Shown piece by piece: positions 1 through 7,933 of a stretch of 64,000 nucleotides of DNA (the first letter of the stretch is position 1; the number at the start of each line of letters is the position of its first letter). Both the position numbers and the translations under genes were made by a program. The notes under the pieces were generated by a model. It ran no database searches. It had not been told where the DNA came from and saw only the letters and a program-made list of their open reading frames with translations. Origin of the DNA: Candidatus Rokuibacteriota bacterium (GTDB lineage: Bacteria > Methylomirabilota > Methylomirabilia > Rokubacteriales > CSP1-6); assembly GCA_016200085.1 (NCBI GenBank), contig JACQFL010000048.1, forward strand, positions 15,350 through 79,349, written 5' to 3'.

Positions 1-506
1 GCCATGCGGCAGCGCAGCGAGTAGTACCCCGTGACCATCACGATCTCGAAGATCTCCTCATCGCTGAAGCCGACCTGGCGCAGCGTCTCGACGTTCTCGG
101 GCGTCGCCTTCGCCGGCGCCAGCGCGAGGATCTCCACGTAGCCCAGCATCGCGCGCTCCGCCTCGGGCAAGGGCAGGGCGCGCCAGTTCTGCGCCAGGGT
201 CACGACCTGCGCGGCGTCACCACCGACGATCTGACGGAGAGCCTCTCCGTGAAAGGTCGTTCAGTAGGCGCAGCGATGCAGCGCCGAGGTGAGGACGGCG
301 ATCATCTCCTGTCGGCGTTTCCCGAGGGCGCAGTGCGGGCCCCTGAGCGCGTAGAGGAGGTCGGCGAGCGCCCGCATCACCCGCGCGTTGATGCTCGCCG
401 CGCGGGCGATGTTGGACACCGAGCCGTTTTGCTGCCAGACGTGCGCATACACGTCCGCCAGCTCTCCCGTCGCCTCAGCTTCCGAGATCGTCCTGATCCA
501 GGGCAT
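1..506 (-). CDS. AhpD-like / carboxymuconolactone decarboxylase family selenoprotein. It is partial and runs off the window start, with an in-frame TGA at 261..263 read as Sec.
   Basis: Minus ORF 261..878 carries the C-terminal AhpD-like core (MPWIRTISEAEATGELADVYAHVW...ALHRCAY) and stops at a TGA exactly where the CxxCxxxH motif needs its second Cys (HRCAY-U-TTFHGEAL). The same frame continues without a stop down to position 1 (…LRQIVGG…EEIFEIVMVTGYYSL…). There is a GGAAGGAGAGG Shine-Dalgarno sequence before the ATG at 504-506. Confidence 0.65.
234..250 (-). other. SECIS-like hairpin downstream of the Sec-UGA of the AhpD-like gene
   Basis: Minus-strand RNA reads UGA ACG ACC UUU C ACGGAGA-GGC-UCUCCGU. 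This is a perfect 7-bp stem with a GGC loop, starting about 10 nt after the UGA. Confidence 0.5.
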
Positions 507-910
507 CGTCCTCTCCTTCCTGATGGGAGTGGTCGAGGGAGACCGCCCGCCCGGCGGGAGGCGTTCGAAGCGTTCCCCCGGCGCCGCGTCAGCGGCGGGC
601 GTGTCGCCAAGGAGAGCGGCAGGGTGCTCCGCGCGACGCCGGTCATCGTACACCAGACACCGGGCGCCACTTCCGACCGGTGTGGGTGAAGTGCAGGACG
701 CCAACAGTCGTCTCGTGGCAGAACCTGTCGAGCCGCCGACCGGCGTCTTCGTCTCGCGCAGCGCGCCGAGCCATGGACGGGTATCCGCCGACGAGTCCTG
801 GCCCCGGCGCTCGCCTGGCTCCGGCGGTGAGGCGGGTCTCGGGGAATAAAGCTGGCACCTGGGCTGTTCTCCGAGCACGCACGAATCTCACCTTGCCGCG
901 GGAGGGACGC

Positions 911-1405
911 ATGAAGGGTTGGGGTCGGACCGTGGGGCTGACGGCGACGGCACTGGTCATGGGCGTCGGTGGGGCGTGGGCGCAGCAGCCTGCCAAGGGC
1001 ACCCCGGCAACGGTGACGGGGCGCGTCGTCGACAACATCTGCATGCTCGGCATGGGGCTCAAGGGCGAGGGACATCGGGAGTGTGCGATCGGCTGCGACA
1101 AGGCCGGTGTGCGCATGGCGCTCCTGGACGAGAAGGCCAACGTGCTTTACACGCTGATGGCCGACAAGCCGTTCGTCGATCCCAACGCCCAGATCCGCGA
1201 GTACTTCGAGCGCGTCGTGACGATCAAGGGCGACCTCTACAGCGCGCCGGGCGGCCAGAAGGTCCTCGCCATCAAGGAAGTGCAGGCGGCCCAGGCGGGC
1301 GCGGCGGCGAACCCCTGCGCCGCGAAGAATCCGTGTGCCACGAAGAATCCCTGTGCGGCCAGGAATCCTTGCGCCGCCAAGAAGCCGGCCAGCGCGACGA
1401 AGTAG
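911..1405 (+). CDS. Secreted protein with a cysteine-containing N-domain and a C-terminal tandem NPCA(A/T)(K/R) hexapeptide repeat
   Basis: GGGAGGG Shine-Dalgarno sequence before the ATG at 911. Signal peptide MKGWGRTVGLTATALVMGVGGAWAQQ. C-terminus is NPCAAKNPCATKNPCAARNPCAAKKP. Confidence 0.7.
   Translation: MKGWGRTVGLTATALVMGVGGAWAQQPAKGTPATVTGRVVDNICMLGMGLKGEGHRECAIGCDKAGVRMALLDEKANVLYTLMADKPFVDPNAQIREYFERVVTIKGDLYSAPGGQKVLAIKEVQAAQAGAAANPCAAKNPCATKNPCAARNPCAAKKPASATK
1309..1386 (+). repeat. 18-bp in-frame tandem repeat encoding NPCAAK units (about 4 copies)
   Basis: aacccctgcgccgcgaag / aatccgtgtgccacgaag / aatccctgtgcggccagg / aatccttgcgccgccaag. Confidence 0.7.
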
Positions 1406-1474
1406 CCAGGCGAGGCCGGGTGCCCTCGGCGGACCGAAGCGAGGCAGGCGCCGCTTCGCTTCGGCCCTCGCCTC

Positions 1475-1752
1475 TCAGCACGCCGTCATCTCGACGACGT
1501 TCATCTCCGCCCCGTCACCCCAGGGCGTGCACGGCAGGCCACTCGCTTCCGACGCCCTCTCACCCGTGCTCGCGGGCGGTGACAGGATGCAGGCGATCAG
1601 CGGGTTGTCGCGCGAGGTGAGCGCGGTGATGCTGGCAGGGGGCGGCTCGGTCGCGGCGGGGACGATGGGCGGCGGCTCCGAGACGCTCGAGAGCACCTCG
1701 AGCGCCACGAAGAGGGTGCCGGCCGCCAGCGCGCTGGCCGTGACGATACGCA
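1475..1752 (-). CDS. Small hypothetical secreted protein (about 92 aa)
   Basis: Internal Met of minus ORF 1475..1867 (MRIVTASALAAGTLFVALEVLSS...), with a signal-peptide-like N-terminus. No homology recognised. Confidence 0.3.
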
Positions 1753-1962
1753 TCGTGGTCCTCGACGAAGAAACCAGGTGACCCGTGAGGATATTCCCTG
1801 GGCGCCGCCGCGCTCGCCAGAGGATTCCGGCGACGGCGCGCATTCCCTTCCACACGAGAAGGGCCAACGTGGCGGAGAGTCAACAGTGTCCCCGCTGACC
1901 GTCACGGTTCTCCTGAGCGCTCATCTCGTTCCTGGGCATCGTGTCTCCTTGCCCGAGGGGAC

Positions 1963-2409
1963 TCAAAGCGTGCGCTGATTCTCGCGATCGGCGCGCCAGC
2001 GCCGGCCAACCATGTCCGCTTCCTGCGGGGACACCGGAACCACGAAGAGCGACAGCAGCGTCCGCCCTGTTCGTAGAGGATGTACGTGGCCTGGCGCCGC
2101 CGCGCCTCCGCCAGTCGGGCGCCCAGCAGCTGGGAGGCCTTCGCGGGAGAAGTCGGGGACGGCCACGCGTACGCCGGCACGCTGCCGGAACCACCGCTCG
2201 ATTTCGCCACCATGGCTCGAGACCAGCTCCGCCGGTGACGCCTCCCGCGGCTGCCACCGCACGACGCTGCTGAGCTGTCGCTCTCGCCGAACGAGGCCCA
2301 GGCAGTCGCCGCACGTCGCCACGTGGCAATCGGCTGCCCACATCGCGTCGGCTGGCAGCTCCTCGTCGATGTAGGGGTGCAGGATGGCCTCGAATGCCGC
2401 GCAGGTCAT
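1963..2409 (-). CDS. Zinc-finger (zf-HC2, HxxxCxxC) anti-sigma-factor-like protein, a paralog of the anti-sigma at 7151..7933 that lacks the TM segment
   Basis: MTCAAFEAILHPYIDEELPADAMWAADCHVATCGDCLG... Shares the RAGVRVAVPDFS and LLSLFVVPVS blocks with the other anti-sigma. It is the C-terminal 148 aa of the spurious 583-aa ORF. Confidence 0.6.
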   Translation of the reverse strand: MTCAAFEAILHPYIDEELPADAMWAADCHVATCGDCLGLVRRERQLSSVVRWQPREASPAELVSSHGGEIERWFRQRAGVRVAVPDFSREGLPAAGRPTGGGAAAPGHVHPLRTGRTLLSLFVVPVSPQEADMVGRRWRADRENQRTL

Positions 2410-2493
2410 ACCTGACGATCTAACCCGTCCCGGCCGTGGTTTATTCCGGACGCAGTGGAATGGCGTCACACGGTCGCGTGTTCTGTTCTGTTG

Positions 2494-3711
2494 ATGACGT
2501 TCCGCCGCGCGCTCTTGCGGGGGGCATCGCTGCTGCTGGTGCTTGGCGGCACGGCTCCGGCGGGCGGAGATGCTGGCGCCGACCGGGCCTTTCTCGATCG
2601 GCACTGGCGGAGACCGGTCCCGCCACAGGGCGAGGCGCCGGCGCGGTGGTCCGCACTCGAGAAGTCGCTCGCGCCGCAGAGCTGCGGGGCCTGCCATCAG
2701 GCCCAGCTCGCCGACTGGAAGACGAGCGTCCACGCGCGCAGCTTGGGGCCGGGCGTCGCCGGCCAGCTGGTGGAGATGCGCCGGAGCGATCCCGAATCCT
2801 TCCGGCTCTGTCTGTCCTGCCATGGGCCCCTGGCGGAGCAGCAGCCGGACATCGAGCGCCACGGCCGCTCCGTGCCGAATCCCGAGTTCGACCCCGGCCT
2901 CCAGGCCGCGGGTCTCGCGTGCGCGGTGTGCCACGTGCGCCAGCACGAACGGTTCGGCCCGCCCCGCCGGATCGGGATGGCGAAGGTCACGACGCCGCGG
3001 CCATCGCTTCCCCATGGTGGGGTGACGCGGACGCCGGCGTTCTCGCAGTCGACGTTCTGCACGAGCTGCCACCAGTTCTCCTCCGATGGCTTCGCGCTGA
3101 ACGGGAAGCTGCTGGAGAACACCTACGAGGAGTGGAAGCTCAGCGCCGCCGCGCGCGTGCGCCGGCAGTGTCAGGACTGTCACATGCCCGAGCGCCGGCA
3201 CCTCTGGCGCGGCATCCACGATCCGGACATGGTGAAGTCGGGCGTCGAGATCCTCGCGACGACGGCCCAGCGCTCGTATCGGCCGGGTGACGAGCTTGTG
3301 GCCACGATCGTGGTCAGGAGCGTCGGGGTCGGCCACGATTTCCCGACCTACGTCACGCCACGCGTCGTCGTGCGCGCGGCCCTGATCGACAACACGGGGG
3401 CTGCCGTGGGGGGCAGTGGGCAGGAGTACGCCATCGCACGCGAGGTCACTCTCGACCTGTCGCGGGAGATCTCGGACACCCGCATCCCTCCCGGTGGCAG
3501 CGCGAGCTTTACGTACCGGCGACGGCTCGAGCGCAAAGGCCTTTCGCTCAGCGTGAGCGTCATGGTGTATCCCGACCATTTCTACACGGGGTTCTTCGAG
3601 TCGCTGCTCGCCTCCGGTGCGGGCGCAGGCGCCCCCCAGATCCGCGAGGCGCTCGCGGCGAGCCGGCGATCGGCCTTCGAGATCTTCCGGAAGACCGTGC
3701 GCCTGACGTGA
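2494..3711 (+). CDS. Pentaheme c-type cytochrome (five CxxCH motifs), secreted
   Basis: CGACH, CLSCH, CAVCH, CTSCH, CQDCH. Signal peptide MTFRRALLRGASLLLVLGG. A GTG at 2455 is an alternative start. Confidence 0.8.
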   Translation: MTFRRALLRGASLLLVLGGTAPAGGDAGADRAFLDRHWRRPVPPQGEAPARWSALEKSLAPQSCGACHQAQLADWKTSVHARSLGPGVAGQLVEMRRSDPESFRLCLSCHGPLAEQQPDIERHGRSVPNPEFDPGLQAAGLACAVCHVRQHERFGPPRRIGMAKVTTPRPSLPHGGVTRTPAFSQSTFCTSCHQFSSDGFALNGKLLENTYEEWKLSAAARVRRQCQDCHMPERRHLWRGIHDPDMVKSGVEILATTAQRSYRPGDELVATIVVRSVGVGHDFPTYVTPRVVVRAALIDNTGAAVGGSGQEYAIAREVTLDLSREISDTRIPPGGSASFTYRRRLERKGLSLSVSVMVYPDHFYTGFFESLLASGAGAGAPQIREALAASRRSAFEIFRKTVRLT

Positions 3712-3728
3712 CACGAGGGGAGAGACGG

Positions 3729-4082
3729 ATGCGCGTGCTCATGACGGCAGCTCTGATCGTGCTGCTGAGCGCGTGCTCGACATCGGTCGTCGCCCAGGAG
3801 CGGCGGGTCACCGCGGTTTCGCGCGCTGCGTTCGCGAAGGTCGTCGAGGCGCTCGAGCAGGCCATCACGGACCAGCACCTGGCCCTGGGCTGCCAGGCCG
3901 ATCCCCCGAAGGGCGCGGCGGCGCGCGGCATCGCCATCAAGGACAAGGGCACGACGACCGTCTCGTACATGCCACCGCCGACCGTGTTCGCACCCTACAG
4001 ACATCCGGGCGTGCGCGCCGTCGCCGCCGGGCTCGATCCGATCTTCAACGCGACCGTCGATCAGGCACTGGGCGGGCGCTGA
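3729..4082 (+). CDS. Small lipoprotein (lipobox LSAC), hypothetical
   Basis: MRVLMTAALIVLLSACSTS... in ORF 3708..4082. Confidence 0.55.
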   Translation: MRVLMTAALIVLLSACSTSVVAQERRVTAVSRAAFAKVVEALEQAITDQHLALGCQADPPKGAAARGIAIKDKGTTTVSYMPPPTVFAPYRHPGVRAVAAGLDPIFNATVDQALGGR

Positions 4083-4083
4083 C

Positions 4084-4617
4084 ATGCGGCAACGCCTCGC
4101 GCTCGTGGTTGTCGGAGGCGTGGCCGGCAGTGGGCTGTTCTGGCTGGTCCAGGTGATGACGGGCGGCCCGACCATCACCGCGTTCATGGGCGAACAGGTC
4201 GCTGCTGCCGGCGGATATCCGGCAACCCTGGCGCCCGCCTTCGGGTGGATCATCCATGTCGCCGTCGGTCTCTCGTACGCGTCACTGTTTGGGGTCGTCG
4301 TCGCCCCGCTCCGCTTGCTGCCGCGGGCCGCGCTGGCCGGAACGTCGCTCGTCATGGCAATCGTGTTCGGCTGGCTGACGACCGCCATCGCGCCGTCGGC
4401 CATCAGCGTGACGGTCGGGCTGCTCGGGCACCGGCGGTGGCCCGCCGAGATCTTTCCTTTGAATTGGGACGTCGGCTTGCCGTTCTGGAATCATCAGCTC
4501 TTCTTTCTCGCCAACTGGATCATGCAGGTGCTCGGCGGGATGGTCGTCCGTGCACGGGCGAGGTCGCGGCGGCGGAGCCTGATCACCGGGCGCGAGGGCC
4601 AGGGCGAGCGGGAATAA
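4084..4617 (+). CDS. Hypothetical integral membrane protein (4-5 TM helices)
   Basis: Hydrophobic segments. Starts 2 nt after the preceding stop. No family recognised. Confidence 0.55.
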   Translation: MRQRLALVVVGGVAGSGLFWLVQVMTGGPTITAFMGEQVAAAGGYPATLAPAFGWIIHVAVGLSYASLFGVVVAPLRLLPRAALAGTSLVMAIVFGWLTTAIAPSAISVTVGLLGHRRWPAEIFPLNWDVGLPFWNHQLFFLANWIMQVLGGMVVRARARSRRRSLITGREGQGERE

Positions 4618-4671
4618 ACGCCGGGGCCGGCGGGTTCAGGGGGAAACGTTTGTATCAAGGAGGTGAGTCGA

Positions 4672-4944
4672 ATGATCCGTCAGGTGATCGGCGGCATCGC
4701 GGTCGCGGCCGCGCTCGCCCTCGCGGGGACAGACGCTCTGGCCCAGCAGGCCAACCCGTGCGCGGCCAAGAACCCGTGCGCCACGAAGGCGGCCAATCCG
4801 TGCGCGGCCAAGAACCCGTGTGCGGCCAAGAAGCCGGCTGCTGCGAAGAACCCCTGCGCGGCCAAGAACCCCTGCGCGGCCAAGAACCCGTGTGCGGCCA
4901 AGAATCCTTGCGCCGCCAAGAATCCCTGCGCCGCCAAGAAGTAG
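4672..4944 (+). CDS. Secreted peptide made almost entirely of about 11 tandem NPCAAK-like hexapeptide repeats (about 90 aa)
   Basis: Strong AAGGAGG Shine-Dalgarno sequence. Signal peptide MIRQVIGGIAVAAALALAGTDALAQQ, then ANPCAAKNPCATKAANPCAAKNPCAAKKPAAAKNPCAAK(x5)K. Confidence 0.7.
   Translation: MIRQVIGGIAVAAALALAGTDALAQQANPCAAKNPCATKAANPCAAKNPCAAKKPAAAKNPCAAKNPCAAKNPCAAKNPCAAKNPCAAKK
4749..4938 (+). repeat. 18-bp tandem repeat array encoding NPCAAK units
   Basis: Repeated aa(c/g)cc(c/g)tg(c/t)gc(g/c)gccaag units. Confidence 0.75.
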
Positions 4945-5033
4945 GATCTTTCCGGAGCCGGCCGTGCCCCCCGGGACGCCGGGGGGCCGCCGCCCCGATT
5001 CCCGTCCGTGAGGATGATCTCGGCTCGCCGGGA

Positions 5034-6188
5034 ATGGTTCTGCCGCTCGCGGGTTTGATGCACGTCGTGGTTCTTGCGCGTCGCCTTCTGTTGAAAGTCG
5101 CCACGGTGTTGGTCCTCCTTCCGGCGCTTGCCATCAGTCCCGCATTCGCGCACGACGGTCCCCCCGCTGGCGCCGTCGTACCCAGCGAGCGCATCGATCC
5201 GCGCCAGGTCTATCCCTTCGGCGTCGTCGCCGGCGGGGGCGGACACTTCCACGTCCTGCAGGTCATGCCAGGGGAGCGACGCGTCTTTGCCGGCACCCAT
5301 CTGGGGCTGTTCGTGAGCGAAGACCGAGGGCTCACGTGGCGTCTCGTCGCGCCTCGCTTCAGCGGCGTCGACGTCCACGGCCTCGCACGCGATGCGGCCA
5401 CGGGAGCGTTGTATGCGGCGACCCACGGACAGGGCCTTCTCGTCAGCGAGGACGGTGGCACCCGGTGGCGGGACGGCTCGGCGAGCCTGCCCGGCCGCGA
5501 CCTGCACGCCCTCGCCCTCGATGCCCATGATCGGGGCACGATCTACGTCTGGTCCGTTGGCCATGGTCTCTTCGCTCGGCGAGGTCGCGTGCGGATGTGG
5601 GAACGCCTGGCGGGGCGAGAGGCCCTCACCCAGGTGGAGAGCCTCGCCATCCATCCACAGAATTCGCGGCGGCTCTACGCGGGAACCGCGGCCGGGGTGC
5701 TTGTCAGCGAGGACGGCGGCCGCCGGTGGATGCTACCGCCCGGCGGCCTCGAGCGTCGGACCGCCGGCGTCGCGGTCGTCCCGAGCCGGCCTGACATGGT
5801 CCTCGCCGCGACGTTCGACGGGGTCTTCGCCGGTCACGCAGCCGGCGCGGACTGGAAGCCGCTCGAGGCAGCGCCCTCGTGGTGGGGCCCGATCGTGGGG
5901 TTCGCGTTCGTCGGCGATCGGCCCGACACCGTCTTTGCCGTCTCGCACGAGGGACCGGTCGTCATGCGCGCGGTGTGGGATGGCCCCTGGATACCTCTCG
6001 CGGCGCGACCGCCGGCCACGAGTCGGCGAATCAGCGCCCGCCCTTCGGGGCCGGTCCACGAGCGCGGACCAACCGCAGTGGTGAGCACCCGGCCGTCACG
6101 GCCGATCAAAACCACGGTGGGCGTCGCCCGGACGCCATACGCCCGGGCGACCCGCATGTCGGGATCGAGCACCACGGGAGCGCTGTAG
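5034..6188 (+). CDS. BNR/Asp-box repeat (sialidase-like / Ycf48-like beta-propeller) secreted protein. The 3' end is uncertain.
   Basis: Repeated SxDxGxTW motifs (SEDRGLTW, SEDGGTRW, SEDGGRRW). Signal peptide (...KVATVLVLLPALAISPAFA). A TTG about 57 nt downstream of the ATG is an alternative start. The tail beyond about 6000 overlaps the convergent TlpA-like gene and may not be coding. Confidence 0.6.
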   Translation: MVLPLAGLMHVVVLARRLLLKVATVLVLLPALAISPAFAHDGPPAGAVVPSERIDPRQVYPFGVVAGGGGHFHVLQVMPGERRVFAGTHLGLFVSEDRGLTWRLVAPRFSGVDVHGLARDAATGALYAATHGQGLLVSEDGGTRWRDGSASLPGRDLHALALDAHDRGTIYVWSVGHGLFARRGRVRMWERLAGREALTQVESLAIHPQNSRRLYAGTAAGVLVSEDGGRRWMLPPGGLERRTAGVAVVPSRPDMVLAATFDGVFAGHAAGADWKPLEAAPSWWGPIVGFAFVGDRPDTVFAVSHEGPVVMRAVWDGPWIPLAARPPATSRRISARPSGPVHERGPTAVVSTRPSRPIKTTVGVARTPYARATRMSGSSTTGAL

Positions 6189-6553
6189 CCACGCGCCTTC
6201 ACCTCGCGGGCGACAGTCGTGGCGTCTTCACCGACATCGACGAGCACCGCGGTGAAGCCGTCCGGGGCGAGCTCCTTCGCCATCGCGTCGATCGAGGGCA
6301 ACTCCCTCGCGCAGTGCGGTCACCAGGTGGCCCAGAAATAGAGCATGACGAGATGGCCGCGGAACTGATCCAGCGACACCGTGTGCCCGGTGACGTCGCG
6401 CAGGCTGAAGGCCGGCGCCGTCACGGGCTCGGCCGCGGGCGCCACCCCCAGCGCGTCCCACAGCGCCGAGTCCGTCGTGGCACCCGCCGCGGCGGAGGCG
6501 ACGAACAGGACGCCGAGGACCACACTCGCCCAGGGGGGTCGCCGCGTGATCAC
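5834..6553 (-). CDS. TlpA/thioredoxin-like (redoxin) selenoprotein, periplasmic. In-frame TGA at 6320..6322 read as Sec (U-P-H-C). The 3' end is uncertain.
   Basis: ORFs 6320..6553 and 5834..6301 are in the same frame, separated only by a TGA: ...LVMLYFWATW-U-PHCARELPSIDAMAKELAP...ATPTVVLIGRDGRV. This is the thioredoxin WCxxC motif with the first Cys coded as UGA. Signal peptide MITRRPPWASVVLGVLFVASAAAGA. Confidence 0.65.
6293..6309 (-). other. SECIS-like hairpin downstream of the Sec-UGA of the TlpA-like gene
   Basis: UGA CCG CAC UGC G CGAGGG-AGUUG-CCCUCG. A 6-bp stem with a 5-nt loop, starting 10-11 nt after the UGA. Confidence 0.5.
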
Positions 6554-7134
6554 GCTTGAACCTCCCGCATCGAGTGGGTGGGGCGCGCTCTCACGTCGAT
6601 CGCGAGACGGCTGAGGATCTCGAGCGAGCGATCGTTGAACGGATCCACGCCGGGATTGGCGAGGCGGTGCTCGGCGAGGCGTGTGATCTTTCCCTCCTGG
6701 AGCCGCTCGATCTGGGGAGTGAACGCCTGGAATACCAGATTGACGAACCGCACGAGGCGCGCGTCACCCCGGGTTTCGTCGATGCGAAACCGACGCGCAT
6801 ACCGTTTGAGAGCCGCCCCGCTCTCGTACCGGTCTCCGATCGCCCAGAGGTTCAGGGTGAACAGCGCCTGCGGCCAGCCGTCACGCGCCATGGAGATGGC
6901 GACGAGATGCACGGTGTGATCGGGGAACAGCCTTACCGTGTGGAAATGTCCGGCCTCGTGCGTCGCGCCGTCGTGACGGTGAAAATATGACTGGCAGCCC
7001 GTGTCGCGGTCGAAGACCCCGTAGTCGTCCGGATACAAGGTCCAGGGCGTCACGTCGCGACCGCCGCAGGCGAGCTCCATCACCGTCGTGCCGTCACGCT
7101 CGAGCGCGGTGAGCAGCTGGCGAAGCTCGGTCAT
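6550..7134 (-). CDS. Hypothetical cupin-like protein (HRHDG...EAGHFH His cluster)
   Basis: Internal Met MTELRQLL of ORF 6550..7221. ATGA overlap with the downstream TlpA-like gene. Confidence 0.5.
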   Translation of the reverse strand: MTELRQLLTALERDGTTVMELACGGRDVTPWTLYPDDYGVFDRDTGCQSYFHRHDGATHEAGHFHTVRLFPDHTVHLVAISMARDGWPQALFTLNLWAIGDRYESGAALKRYARRFRIDETRGDARLVRFVNLVFQAFTPQIERLQEGKITRLAEHRLANPGVDPFNDRSLEILSRLAIDVRARPTHSMREVQA

Positions 7135-7150
7135 GGCCCTGGCCACGGGA

Positions 7151-7933
7151 TCAGAGACGGTTGCGCTCGGCACGCTCGAGGCGGAGCCGGTCGGCGCACT
7201 CGAGGAGCGCGTCGTAATCAAGCGCCGACACCAGGCCGAAGACCGCGCGGCCGTCCGTCCACGCCACCGTCCGATAACCCTTCAGGTCTTTCGCGAAGTA
7301 CTCCTGCCCGCGGAAGGTCACAGGTCGGCCGGTCAGGTGCGCGTCGGGGCCGCTGACCGGCACGACGAACACCGACAGGAGCGTCCGGCCCTTCTCGTAG
7401 AAGATGTAGGCCACTTTGCGCTCGTGTGCCTCGGCGAGGCGGCCGCCGATCAACTGGATGCCCGCCGGCGAGTAGTCCGGAACGGCCACGCGAAGGCCGG
7501 CCCGCTGCTGGAACCACTGCTCGAGCTCGCCGCGGTCATTCGAGGCGAGCTCCACGGGCCGCTCGATCTGGGCGTAGGCGATGTGCTTGTCGACGAGCTC
7601 GGCCAGGAGCGGGGCGGAGGGCCGGCTCGCGGGCAAGAGGACCGCCACGAGGAGCGCCGCCACCGCGGCGGCGAGCGGCGCCACGAGCCAGGGGCGCCAC
7701 GCGACGCGGCGCTGCTCGCGGCGCACGAGCGCGGTGATCTTCGCGCGGAACTCCGGCGACGCCGCTTCCCGGGGCTGGCGGCGGAGGACCTCGCGGAACT
7801 GGCGCTCGCGCCCGAGGAGACCGGCGCAGTCCCGGCACCCCGCGAGGTGCGCGTCCGCCGCCGCCATCGCCTCCACCGGCAACTCGCCATCGAGGTAGGG
7901 ATGCACGCTCGCCGCGAATTCTCTGCAGCTCAT
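7151..7933 (-). CDS. Anti-sigma factor: zf-HC2 (HxxxCxxC) N-domain, one TM segment, periplasmic C-domain
   Basis: MSCREFAASVHPYLDGELPVEAMAAADAHLAGCRDCAG... 4-nt overlap with the upstream ECF sigma gene. Confidence 0.8.
   Translation of the reverse strand: MSCREFAASVHPYLDGELPVEAMAAADAHLAGCRDCAGLLGRERQFREVLRRQPREAASPEFRAKITALVRREQRRVAWRPWLVAPLAAAVAALLVAVLLPASRPSAPLLAELVDKHIAYAQIERPVELASNDRGELEQWFQQRAGLRVAVPDYSPAGIQLIGGRLAEAHERKVAYIFYEKGRTLLSVFVVPVSGPDAHLTGRPVTFRGQEYFAKDLKGYRTVAWTDGRAVFGLVSALDYDALLECADRLRLERAERNRL

Noticed and set aside
261-263. Treating the four in-frame TGAs (261, 6320, 49290, 59924) as genuine stops or pseudogenes
   Set aside because: Considered. Each falls precisely on a catalytic Cys codon of a redox fold. 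Each is followed by tens of codons of clean, conserved frame and a hairpin at SECIS distance. Sec recoding is the simpler explanation. Residual doubt is kept in the confidence values.
249-1140. Several overlapping + and - ORFs (249..689, 388..849, 377..1075, 643..1140) over the AhpD-like gene
   Set aside because: Only the minus frame containing the CMD-domain sequence and the Shine-Dalgarno-preceded ATG at 506 is supported. The others are GC artefacts.
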